Below, piece by piece: positions 16,129 through 25,392 of a stretch of 27,574 nt of DNA. A model generated the notes under the pieces. It did not search any database and had not been told where the DNA came from. It saw only the letters and a list, made by a program, of their open reading frames with translations. The DNA lies in contig JAVZLM010000010.1 in NCBI GenBank assembly GCA_038883775.1, forward strand, positions 1 to 27,574, read 5' to 3'. This DNA is from Candidatus Bathyarchaeia archaeon (GTDB lineage Archaea; Thermoproteota; Bathyarchaeia; Bathyarchaeales; Bathycorpusculaceae). Both the position numbers and the translations under genes were made by a program. How positions within the stretch are numbered: the first letter of the stretch is position 1; each line of letters starts with the position of its first letter.

Positions 16129-17058
16129 GTGAAAGTCTTGAAGGAAAACCGCTTAGGCATAAATCTGGCTGGCTTAAAACTTTCAAATCCAACAATGTTG
16201 GCTTCTGGAATTTTGGGCTATACGGCGGATACGTTCAAAAACATCGCTGACGGCGGGGCAGGCGCCATAGTGACAAAATCTGTAGGTTTAAAACCGAGAA
16301 GCGGTTACGCAAACCCAACAATAACACAAACCAATTGTGGCTTAATAAACGCCATGGGACTTCTAAACCCAGGAATAGAAGAGTTTGCCAAAGAGATAGG
16401 CGAAGCAAAAAAGGTTTTGAATGTTCCCTTAATTGTTAGCGTTTATGGTTTTACAGCAGAAGAATACGCCACAGTAGCAAAAAAGGCTGTTGAAGCGGGC
16501 GCTGACGCAGTTGAACTTAATGTTTCATGCCCCCACGTTAAGGGGGCAGGCTCGGAAATTGGACAAAACCCAGAAATTCTAAAAGAAGTCGTTAAAAAAG
16601 TCAAATCCATCGTGCCAAAACCAGTTTTTGTCAAACTTTCTCCAAACGTCACAAATATAGCGGAAATTGCAGAAACAGCCGAAAATGCTGGGGCTGATGC
16701 CATAACAGCCATAAACACTGTTAAAGCAATGGCAATCGATGTGGAAACATCGAAGCCCATCCTAAGCAACAAGGTAGGTGGATTGTCAGGGCCAGCAATA
16801 AAGCCCATAGCCCTAAGATGCGTCTATGACATTTATGAGCAAGTTAAAGTGCCAATAATTGGTTGCGGTGGAATAACAAATTGGCAAGATGCCGTAGAAT
16901 TCCTTTTAGCTGGAGCCTCAGCAGTCCAAATTGGCACAGCCATAGCCACAAAAGGTCCAAACGTGTTTAAGACGATTACAAGGGGGATATATGCCTATTT
17001 AAAAAGGAAAGACTTTAGGAGTGTAGATGAAATTGTCGGATTATCGCATAAAAACTAA
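16129..17058 (+). CDS. pyrD: Dihydroorotate dehydrogenase family 1B, catalytic subunit
   Basis: NPTMLASG, VTKS, NAMGL.NPG, ELNVSCPH, KLSPN, INTV, GGLSGPAIKP, ASAVQIGTA. Confidence 0.97.
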   Translation: MKVLKENRLGINLAGLKLSNPTMLASGILGYTADTFKNIADGGAGAIVTKSVGLKPRSGYANPTITQTNCGLINAMGLLNPGIEEFAKEIGEAKKVLNVPLIVSVYGFTAEEYATVAKKAVEAGADAVELNVSCPHVKGAGSEIGQNPEILKEVVKKVKSIVPKPVFVKLSPNVTNIAEIAETAENAGADAITAINTVKAMAIDVETSKPILSNKVGGLSGPAIKPIALRCVYDIYEQVKVPIIGCGGITNWQDAVEFLLAGASAVQIGTAIATKGPNVFKTITRGIYAYLKRKDFRSVDEIVGLSHKN

Positions 17059-17854
17059 CAAACAAAGAACAACAAAAATTTTAGACATAAAAACGGAAAG
17101 CCCAACAGTCAAAACCTTCACTTTTAAGGATAGAACATGCGCAAGGGCTAAGCCGGGACAATTTTTGATGCTTTGGATTCCAGGCGTGGACGAAATTCCC
17201 CTAAGCATATTGGATGCAGATGAGAAAGGCAATGTTTCTGTGGCTGTTAAAAGGGTTGGTGAAGCAACCCAAGCCTTGCACAACTTAAAAGTTGGCGATT
17301 ATATAGGGTTGCGGGGACCCTTTGGAAACAGTTTCACTTTGAGGAAAGGAAAAATTTTGATGGTTGGCGGCGGAATCGGCATGGCGCCTCTGTCCTTTTT
17401 AGCAAAAAAATTAGCGCCTAAAGCTTCAAAATTAACTATTGTGGTTGGTGCAAAGACTAGGGAAGAACTGCTTTTCATGGAAAAACTGAAAAATCTTTGC
17501 AAAGGAGAGAATTTGTTGGTTACAACGGATGATGGAAGCTACGGCGTTAAAGGCTTAGCCTCTGAACTTTCAGAATCAATTTTAACCAAAGAAAAATATG
17601 ATGTAGTATACGCTTGCGGTCCAGAGCAGATGATACGCAAAGTCTTTGAAGCTGCCGAAAAGGCTGGAATAGGCATAGAAGCAAGCTTAGAACGCCTAAT
17701 GCGCTGCGCCATAGGCTTATGCGGAAGCTGTGTCATAGGAAAATACCGAGTTTGCAAAGATGGTCCGGTTTTCAATAGCAATCAGCTAAGAGAAGTTATG
17801 GCTGAGTTGGGAATTTCGAAACGGGATTTTTACGGAAGAAGGATACCGCTTTAA
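17027..17854 (+). CDS. pyrK: Dihydroorotate dehydrogenase electron transfer subunit
   Basis: PGQFLMLW, RGPFGN, GGGIGMAP, TTDDGSYG, ACGPE, 2Fe-2S motif MRCAIGLCGSC...VCKDGPVF. Confidence 0.96.
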   Translation: MKLSDYRIKTNKQRTTKILDIKTESPTVKTFTFKDRTCARAKPGQFLMLWIPGVDEIPLSILDADEKGNVSVAVKRVGEATQALHNLKVGDYIGLRGPFGNSFTLRKGKILMVGGGIGMAPLSFLAKKLAPKASKLTIVVGAKTREELLFMEKLKNLCKGENLLVTTDDGSYGVKGLASELSESILTKEKYDVVYACGPEQMIRKVFEAAEKAGIGIEASLERLMRCAIGLCGSCVIGKYRVCKDGPVFNSNQLREVMAELGISKRDFYGRRIPL

Positions 17855-17866
17855 GCCGTGTTCTAA

Positions 17867-18367
17867 ATGCCTATAACTCCTCTTCATGCGTTTTCGCTTA
17901 TGTTTCTTTATTTTAAGGACAAGAGGCGAGTTGACCCTTTGGCTTTAGCGATTTCAGCTACATTCATTGATTTAGAGCCCCTGTATTATTTGCTAGTTGG
18001 AGAACCTTTAGACCATAGGCTTTGGCATGGCTTCGCATTGGCAATAACAATCTATCCCATCCTCGTTGCAATGGGTGTTTATGTTGTGGAACGTTTGTTT
18101 GAGAAAAAGTTGTGGACTATATATAATGCCTTGAGGCTTAAACCAATGCAAGTGCAATATCCGTTCTTAACAGCTTATCTTTGCAGTTTGCTTGGTGGCT
18201 TCACTCACGTCTTTTTTGACATGTTCACTCATAAGGATATGCCTTACATAGTTTATCCATTAGCTTATGGAAACCCATTCTACATCGGAAACGCTTCAAT
18301 TTTTATCGAAATAATGGTAATTGTATTAGCAGGTTATTCCCTTTTGATGTGGATTAAAGCGGAATAA
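17867..18367 (+). CDS. Membrane-bound metal-dependent hydrolase-like protein (DUF4184/YdjM-like)
   Basis: MPITPLH, IDLEP, H.LWH, THVFFDMFTH and several hydrophobic helices. Confidence 0.75.
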   Translation: MPITPLHAFSLMFLYFKDKRRVDPLALAISATFIDLEPLYYLLVGEPLDHRLWHGFALAITIYPILVAMGVYVVERLFEKKLWTIYNALRLKPMQVQYPFLTAYLCSLLGGFTHVFFDMFTHKDMPYIVYPLAYGNPFYIGNASIFIEIMVIVLAGYSLLMWIKAE

Positions 18368-18388
18368 GCCTTCACTTGCGAAGGGCTT
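18366..18388 (+). terminator. Possible hairpin at the end of the pyrD-pyrK-hydrolase unit
   Basis: AAGCCTTC-ACTTGC-GAAGGGCTT, a stem with one bulge immediately after the stop codon. Confidence 0.3.
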
Positions 18389-18435
18389 TCCCATAAGTGT
18401 TAAAAACTATTGGATAGAATTATGTTCGATGAAAA

Positions 18436-20343
18436 ATGAAGAGGAAAATTGTTTATGGAATAGTGTTCATAGCGTTTTTGACTGGAATTTTAACTTTGCC
18501 AACAAATATTCAAAAAGCCAAAGCACCAGACGGTTTCGGTTACATCTATATTAAAGCGGACGGAAGCATCGACCCGCCGGATGCACCAATTTCAAAGGAT
18601 GCTGAAAACGTTACTTACTCTTTAACTGCAGACATTGCCAACAAATCAATTATCATAGAAAGAGACAACATAATATTTAATGGCGGAGGTTTTAAAATCT
18701 CAGGTCCAGAAGAGGAATACAAGATTGGAATAAACGTAACCAGTAGATGTAACGTGACGATTACAAACACTGTTGTCGAAAAATTTGACATGGCCATATA
18801 TGTGCGTTACTCAACTAAAATCAGAATTGAAGGAAATAATGCCTCAAACAACAACTTCTACATTTGGGGACCACCGCCAGATTTTGAAATTTTTTTGTTT
18901 GGAACCGGAATTTCAGTTACGTATTCAAACGAAACTATTATCTCCAACAATATTGCTTCCAACAACCTTTTTGGAATATCAGTGGGTCAATCAAATAACA
19001 CGCAAATCATTAACAATAATGCTTCAAACAACTATCGACGTGTTGATTTCACGCATTATGGAACTGCAATTTCCCTCGCTAACACCAGAAATAATATAGT
19101 GACGGGAAACACGGTTGCAGATAATGGCATGGGAATAAGTTTGTTAGGCTCTTTAGGCTCTAATAACACTATTCGCAACAATACGATTACTGGAACCTAT
19201 AATAATGGAATTTATTTGGCTGAATCCCGCAATAACACAATAGCTGAAAATAAGATTTTTTCAAATTTTTATGGGATTTATGTTTGCAGTTACTCTCAAG
19301 GTAATACCATCATAAACAATAATATCTCTGCCAACTCTTACCGTGGAATTTACTTTGACCGCTCTACAAACAACTTCCTAATCGATAACTTTCTTTTCAA
19401 GAATGTTGATGGTATTGTGTTTGAAAATAATGTAAATAATAACGTAATTTTACATAATACTGTCTCAAACAGTTCCTCATTTGGAATTTATATTCGCACA
19501 GACTCCCAAAACAATTTGGTTGTTGGCAACAACATTTCAAGCAACACTCGGAGAATTCGCTTCACACAATCAAACAACAACATCATATTCGGAAATACTA
19601 TTTCATCAAACGTAAACGATGGTTTAGTCATATACTATTACTCTTCCAACAACGAAGTCATAGGCAACAACATAACCCTAAACAAGTATGGAATCTCAAT
19701 AACTTATGGGTGCTATAACAATAAAATTTTCCACAACAATTTCATAAGCAACACAGAGCACGTTTTCACAGACCAAAACAGCACATGGGATAATGGCTAT
19801 CCGGTAGGCGGAAACTATTGGGACAATTATACGGGTGTGGACTTCAAATGGGGCGTTTTCCAGAATGAGATTGGAAGTGATGGAATAGGCGACACTGCAT
19901 ACTGCATTGATGAGAATAACACCGACCGTTATCCGCTTATGGCGCCAATAAACATTTTTGACGCTGGAGTTTGGGATACAAAAACCCGGTATGTGGACGT
20001 TATCAGCAACTCCACAGTTTTAAACTTCAAAATAAGCGTAAGCGAAAAAACCATAAGCTTCAATGTCACAGGCGAAGCAGGCGCCGGTTTCTGCAGAGTT
20101 ATAATCCCAAAAACTATTGTCAACACATTATGGGTAAGCAATTACATGGTGCTTGTTAACGGAGTGCCTGTCGAGTTTAGAAACTGGACAAACTTGGAAA
20201 ATGTATACCTTTACTTCATATATTTGCATTCTGAAAAAGAAGTAACAATAATACCTGAATATCCACTCACAGCAATTGAGTCAATACTAATGTTGACAAC
20301 AACGCTTACGCTGATTCTGAGAAAGAGAAGAAATCGACTATAA
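18436..20343 (+). CDS. Secreted right-handed beta-helix (NosD/CASH repeat) protein with PEF-CTERM-like anchor
   Basis: N-terminal signal/TM; many Asn-rich 'GIx(l)xxSxNNxIxxNxIxxN' repeats; WDNGYPVGGNYW; DRYPLM; C-terminal IIPEY + hydrophobic stretch + RKRRNR. Confidence 0.88.
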   Translation: MKRKIVYGIVFIAFLTGILTLPTNIQKAKAPDGFGYIYIKADGSIDPPDAPISKDAENVTYSLTADIANKSIIIERDNIIFNGGGFKISGPEEEYKIGINVTSRCNVTITNTVVEKFDMAIYVRYSTKIRIEGNNASNNNFYIWGPPPDFEIFLFGTGISVTYSNETIISNNIASNNLFGISVGQSNNTQIINNNASNNYRRVDFTHYGTAISLANTRNNIVTGNTVADNGMGISLLGSLGSNNTIRNNTITGTYNNGIYLAESRNNTIAENKIFSNFYGIYVCSYSQGNTIINNNISANSYRGIYFDRSTNNFLIDNFLFKNVDGIVFENNVNNNVILHNTVSNSSSFGIYIRTDSQNNLVVGNNISSNTRRIRFTQSNNNIIFGNTISSNVNDGLVIYYYSSNNEVIGNNITLNKYGISITYGCYNNKIFHNNFISNTEHVFTDQNSTWDNGYPVGGNYWDNYTGVDFKWGVFQNEIGSDGIGDTAYCIDENNTDRYPLMAPINIFDAGVWDTKTRYVDVISNSTVLNFKISVSEKTISFNVTGEAGAGFCRVIIPKTIVNTLWVSNYMVLVNGVPVEFRNWTNLENVYLYFIYLHSEKEVTIIPEYPLTAIESILMLTTTLTLILRKRRNRL

Positions 20344-20488
20344 TCAAAAATGCGCCCTTCTTGGGCAAAACTCCTTTTCTTTTTATAAAAAGAATGATTG
20401 AAGGTTTCCAAACAGAGAAATCGGCGGGTACGCGGAAATTTAAGGCTTAGTTGTTGTTGCCTTGGGCTTAAGCAAAAAAGGGGAAGTT

Positions 20489-21337
20489 TTAGAGGATGAA
20501 TTCGCCTGGATAATTATCGTATAATTGCGGTTGCGAATCTGGTTGCACTGCTATTACGCGTGGATAAGCATAGGCGTATGCTGTTTCAACGGTATTTGCC
20601 CTATTATCCAGTAGGGCTTCGTCCACAAAGTAGTAGCCCCATAAAGTGTTGCCTAACTGAAGGTAGTCCCAGCCGTACTGGTCGGCTTTACAGGCTGAAA
20701 CTATAATTCTGCCAGTTCCCTGCAAGTCATCATCGTCATCAAACATTCCGCCTGAATGGCATGAGCCAAACATTAGGGCAAACTTTGTGCTTTCAATGGC
20801 TGCAAATTTTTCTTTAAACCAGCCGTCTGGCAATCCATAAAAGTCATAAGTCACAATCATCTCATCGTAACCATCAGATTCCACATCACTGTCCCAACCA
20901 TCCGAGTCTGGTGCCCTGTAGCCATGCCCACTATAGAAGAATACTACTTCATCTCCTGCCTTCTCGTTGGCAATAAGCCAATTTATTGCATTTACAATGG
21001 CTGAGGCTGTGGCTGCTTTATTAAGTAGCAGTTTTACATTGGATTTTGGATAACCCCTCTGCCTCGTCAACTCCGTATACATCTCCTTAGCATCTTCGTC
21101 AGGATGCCAAAGGTCAGAACCAGTTCCCTGATAATCTGCGATGCCAATAATAACAGCCCATTTAGAGCCCGCGGCAGGTTTGGGTGAAGCTGTAAGGGGT
21201 TCAAAGGTTGTCTGAACTTGCTCATTAAACTTCATTGGACACACGTGGCTGAGGCGCAGAGGAGAAGTAGACGCTGAGGGTGCAAGGAAGGTGACAAAAA
21301 ATGCAGTTAACACTAGAATAGACAGCAGTTTTTTCAT
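20489..21337 (-). CDS. Secreted caspase-family (C14, metacaspase-like) cysteine peptidase
   Basis: Signal peptide, KWAVIIGIADY, catalytic FFYSGHG and SCHSGG, acidic loop DSDVESDGYDE, SAC..DQ. Confidence 0.88.
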   Translation of the reverse strand: MKKLLSILVLTAFFVTFLAPSASTSPLRLSHVCPMKFNEQVQTTFEPLTASPKPAAGSKWAVIIGIADYQGTGSDLWHPDEDAKEMYTELTRQRGYPKSNVKLLLNKAATASAIVNAINWLIANEKAGDEVVFFYSGHGYRAPDSDGWDSDVESDGYDEMIVTYDFYGLPDGWFKEKFAAIESTKFALMFGSCHSGGMFDDDDDLQGTGRIIVSACKADQYGWDYLQLGNTLWGYYFVDEALLDNRANTVETAYAYAYPRVIAVQPDSQPQLYDNYPGEFIL

Positions 21338-21414
21338 AATCTTCCCTCAATTCAAAATTAGCAATAAAGACTATTAAGAGTTATGGAATTCATTGTTAGA
21401 GATAGTCTGCCCTT

Positions 21415-22209
21415 TCATAAGTTTAAGCGAAACAGTTTGATGGCGTTCTCGCTGAATATTTTTACTTTAGCTAACCTTTCTATTTCCAGCGACTCCACTA
21501 GTTCAATATGTTTCTTTATGCTGCACATAGCGTAGTCTGTTCCAAATACAACTTGATTGGGGCGTTCTCTTACCGTTTGAGTCAAAACCTTTCTTATCTT
21601 GGCAAGACCTGTTTCTGCAATAACTTCATCATCCGCTAATCCTGAAATGTCAAAATAAATATTGTAATAACCCTTAGTCAAGTTGTAACAGTACTCAACT
21701 TTGGGATAAAAATAATGTGCAATAACTATCTTAAGCGCTGGAAATTTTTCCGCAATTTTAATTATAAATTTTGGGTCGTTGTATTTGGCTTGTTCCGGAT
21801 GCTTTGAACTTGCACCGGTATGAATAACAATTGGCGAATCATGTTTAATGCACAACTCGTAGACAGGCATAAGCCGCTTATCGGTTGGATAAATGGTGTC
21901 GTGTCCTGGAAAAATTTTTACAGCCACAATGCTTCGGGCATGGAATAGCTTGTCAAGCTTTTGTATTTGGGAGAGATAATTTCGTTTTTGGATGTCTATG
22001 GTGCCCATAACATACAGCTGCTCCTCGCCCTTAACAAGCTGCAAAACCTCGTCTAAACCGCCTATCTCTGATTTAGAAGTATTATCTGGAATCAGAATGG
22101 CATATTCTATCTCGTTTTTGTAGAGTTCGCGAAGCAGCTTCTCCTTTGACCTTTCAAAACTTTTAGTTTTCTTTAAAGAAGGCAAATGTTGATGACAATC
22201 AATTATCAT
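21415..22209 (-). CDS. Amidohydrolase-2 family metal-dependent hydrolase
   Basis: IIDCHQH, VKIFPG, VIHTG, IVIAH, YFDIS, VFGTDY, ENA.KLF. Confidence 0.9.
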   Translation of the reverse strand: MIIDCHQHLPSLKKTKSFERSKEKLLRELYKNEIEYAILIPDNTSKSEIGGLDEVLQLVKGEEQLYVMGTIDIQKRNYLSQIQKLDKLFHARSIVAVKIFPGHDTIYPTDKRLMPVYELCIKHDSPIVIHTGASSKHPEQAKYNDPKFIIKIAEKFPALKIVIAHYFYPKVEYCYNLTKGYYNIYFDISGLADDEVIAETGLAKIRKVLTQTVRERPNQVVFGTDYAMCSIKKHIELVESLEIERLAKVKIFSENAIKLFRLNL

Positions 22210-22359
22210 AATGTGAAATTTGCATCAAAAAGTATTAAATCTTGTTCAGCAAACTTGTCCACTTTGAATAGTTTTTAGTTATGTATTCCAAGATACACGG
22301 TAAAAGTTATATGCTGCTAATGCTATTTTGGTGTATTTGCGGGTGCAATGTGATGAAAG

Positions 22360-25300
22360 GTGACCGCCAAATTCCAAGCTAACTCTGAAAAATGGCTCAC
22401 TACAGATTATCGCCCGCTCGAAATTGAAAAAGAAATCCGAAAATTCTGGAAAAAGAATCAAATCCAAAAGAAATTAATGGAATTTAGAGAGAAAAATAAC
22501 ATTGGCTTTTTAGGCTGGGTTGAAGGACCACCAACATTAAATGGTATACCCCATGTTGGCCACGCCAGAGGCAGAGTAATGAAGGACTTGCGTTTCCGAT
22601 GGAAAACCATGCAAGGCTATTTCATGCCCTTCTGGGCTGGATGGGACTGCCAAGGCTTACCCGTTGAGCTTGAAGTTGAAAAACTTCTGGGCGTAAAAAA
22701 CAAGCGCGAATTATTGGAAAGAGTGGGCGAAGAACTCTTTATAGAGGAATGTAAGAAGGCTATTATGAAATATCACAGGGAATGGGTTGAAGCAGACGAA
22801 AAGCTTGGCATATTCATAGACCAAGAGAAGGCTTATTGGACGTATAAGGATGAGTATATAGAGCGTGAGTGGCAATATCTAAAACGTGCTTGGGAGCAAA
22901 ACCTATTAGAAGAGGGCTATTATGTTGTTGCATATTGTCCAGGATGCCAAACAAGTCTAAGCAGCGCAGAAGTGGGCTACGAAGACTCTTATAGGGAAGT
23001 TGAAGATCCATCGCTTTATTTCAAATTTAAAGTGGCTGGCAGCGAAAACGAGTATTTTCTCGTTTGGACAACAATGCCCTTCACAATAGTAACAGACACT
23101 CTTTTGGCTGTGCATCCAGAAGCCGAATACGCTAAAGTTAGAGTGGGCGAAGAAGTTTGGATAATGGTTGCTCAGCGTGTTGAAGCAGTGATGCAAGAAT
23201 TGGGCATAGAAAATTATGAGGTAATCGGAACAGTTACGGGCAAAAGTCTCGAAGGAACAAAGTATGATTATCCTCTTAAAGACATGGTTCCAAAACTGGC
23301 AGAGTTAGAAAAAATGCACGAGTTAGTGCATAGGGTTATATGCGAAGACTTCGTAGACGTGAACACTGCCACAGGCGTGGTGCACCAATCGCCCGGAAAC
23401 GGCGAAGAAGACTTTTTCGCTGCACAAAAACGTGGCGTTCCAATATTTGCGCCTTTCGACGATGAAGTAAGATTCACGGTGGATGCTGGAGCTTTTCAAG
23501 GCGTATTTGCACGAGACGCTGATCAGATGGTTATCGAAGAACTTCGAAGAAGAGGATTGCTGGTTAAAGCTGAAACAATAAAGCATGAATATCCCACGTG
23601 CTGGCGCTCCCACCACAAACTCGTGTGGCTTGCAAGAAGAGAATACTTCCTAAGGACAGACAAAATAAACAAGAAAGTTGTGGAAGCAGCGGAAAAAGTT
23701 GAATACTTCTTCGAAGGACCAAAAAATCGTTTTCTCTCATTCCTTAAAGAGGGCAAGCCCTGGTGCATATCAAGGGAGCGTGTCTGGGGCACACCATTGC
23801 CAATATGGAAATGCGAAAAATGCGGAGCCAAAACCCTTATGGCAAGCAAAAAAGAACTATTAGAAAAAGCCATAGAAAAGCCTGAAGGCTATTTTGAGCT
23901 TCATAAGCCATGGGTTGACCGCATAACCATAAAATGCGAAAAATGCGGAGGCACAATGCGCAGAGAACCCTTCGTTTTAGACACTTGGCACAACAGCGGA
24001 GCCTCACCATACGCAAGATTCACAGACGAAGAATTTACGAAATATGTGCCAACAGACTTCTTAACAGAGGGAATAGATCAAACAAGGGGTTGGGCGAATT
24101 CGCTTCTCTTAGAACATGTGATATTGACTGGAAAGGCTGAAGCCCCATACAAGGCTTTCCTATTTCAAGGCTTAGCCCAAGATGCAAAAGGCAGAAAAAT
24201 GAGTAAAAGCCTCGGAAACGTCATAGAAGCCAACAAGCTTTTGGAGAAATATTCAGCAGACGTTTGCAGATTCTACATGCTAAGAAAATGCAGTCCAGTG
24301 GACTTCATAAACTTCGACGTTCAAGAGTTAAACCGCCGCCCATATCAAGTGCTTTCTACGCTTTATCACTTAAACAGATTTTTCATGCAAAACGCCGAAT
24401 ACGATGGCTTTAACCCACAAAAGCATTCGTTGAAATGGGCTATGGAAGAAAAACTGCTCAAAAATTCAGAATTTTGGCTTTTATCAAAGCTTCAAAACGT
24501 CATAAAAGAGTACACTTCCCGATTGGAAAAATGCGAATTCAACTTTGCGCTCGCAACTCTGGAGGATTATGTCATAGAAACATTAAGCAGACTTTATGTG
24601 CCAATGATTCGGAGGGAGTTGTGGACGGATGACCCCCAAACGCTAAACAGGAGACTCGCCATATACGCAACTCTTTGGCATGCTCTAAAAACTCTAACGC
24701 TTCTCTTTAACCCCATAACGCCATATTTAAGCGAAGCCCTATACCAAAAAATCTACAAAAAACTCGACCCAAAGCTGCCAGAATCAGTAAACTTTGAAAG
24801 CTGGCCGAAACCAGAAGAGAAATTATTAAACAAGGCTTTAGAAGAAGACTTCCAGACATTATTTAAGTGCGTTTCAATGGTTTATTCGGCTAGACAATCA
24901 GCCAAACTAAAGAGAAGGTGGCCCCTCCGCAGAGCAGTGGTTGTGGCTCCGGAAAAAGTTTGCACGACACTTAAAAACTTTGAGGAATTATTCCTTGAAC
25001 TTGCAAACGTAAAAACAGCAGAATACACCGAAGAACCTCCAGAATACACTTCCTTAAGTGGTTGGGCTTCCACATCAGAAGGCAACATAAAAGTCTTTTT
25101 GGACGTGTATCGCGACGAAAGTTTAATCGGCGAGGGGCTAATGCGCGACATAGCTAGAAGAGTTCAATCCTTAAGGAAAGAGTTGGGTTATGTGCCAACA
25201 GACGTTTTAGAAACCGTCCATATTGCCGAACTGGATAAAGAGAGCATTACGCTGTTAAGACCATATTTGAGAGAGATGGAGGAGCTTGTCAGAGCTAAAA

Positions 25301-25392
25301 GCGTTCACATACATGAAGGACGCGAAGAAATCACAGTGGAATGGCATGAGCACCAATTGGATGACAAGAAAATTTACATTGCTATTTCTTAA
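22360..25392 (+). CDS. ileS: Isoleucine--tRNA ligase (archaeal/eukaryal type 2)
   Basis: EGPPTLNG.PHVGH, GWDCQGLPVE, VWTTMP, TGVVH.SPG.GEED, WCISRERVWGTPLP, EGIDQTRGW, KMSKS, RDIARRVQSLRKE. Confidence 0.98.
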   Translation: MTAKFQANSEKWLTTDYRPLEIEKEIRKFWKKNQIQKKLMEFREKNNIGFLGWVEGPPTLNGIPHVGHARGRVMKDLRFRWKTMQGYFMPFWAGWDCQGLPVELEVEKLLGVKNKRELLERVGEELFIEECKKAIMKYHREWVEADEKLGIFIDQEKAYWTYKDEYIEREWQYLKRAWEQNLLEEGYYVVAYCPGCQTSLSSAEVGYEDSYREVEDPSLYFKFKVAGSENEYFLVWTTMPFTIVTDTLLAVHPEAEYAKVRVGEEVWIMVAQRVEAVMQELGIENYEVIGTVTGKSLEGTKYDYPLKDMVPKLAELEKMHELVHRVICEDFVDVNTATGVVHQSPGNGEEDFFAAQKRGVPIFAPFDDEVRFTVDAGAFQGVFARDADQMVIEELRRRGLLVKAETIKHEYPTCWRSHHKLVWLARREYFLRTDKINKKVVEAAEKVEYFFEGPKNRFLSFLKEGKPWCISRERVWGTPLPIWKCEKCGAKTLMASKKELLEKAIEKPEGYFELHKPWVDRITIKCEKCGGTMRREPFVLDTWHNSGASPYARFTDEEFTKYVPTDFLTEGIDQTRGWANSLLLEHVILTGKAEAPYKAFLFQGLAQDAKGRKMSKSLGNVIEANKLLEKYSADVCRFYMLRKCSPVDFINFDVQELNRRPYQVLSTLYHLNRFFMQNAEYDGFNPQKHSLKWAMEEKLLKNSEFWLLSKLQNVIKEYTSRLEKCEFNFALATLEDYVIETLSRLYVPMIRRELWTDDPQTLNRRLAIYATLWHALKTLTLLFNPITPYLSEALYQKIYKKLDPKLPESVNFESWPKPEEKLLNKALEEDFQTLFKCVSMVYSARQSAKLKRRWPLRRAVVVAPEKVCTTLKNFEELFLELANVKTAEYTEEPPEYTSLSGWASTSEGNIKVFLDVYRDESLIGEGLMRDIARRVQSLRKELGYVPTDVLETVHIAELDKESITLLRPYLREMEELVRAKSVHIHEGREEITVEWHEHQLDDKKIYIAIS

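Noticed and set aside
18800-19740. AAC/AAT-rich periodic DNA resembling a repeat array
   Set aside because: It reflects Asn-rich beta-helix protein repeats; there are no identical nucleotide repeats or spacers, so it is not CRISPR.
22340-22360. GTGATGA (box C consensus) upstream of ileS
   Set aside because: No suitably placed box D in non-coding sequence; better explained as an SD-like sequence before the GTG start.
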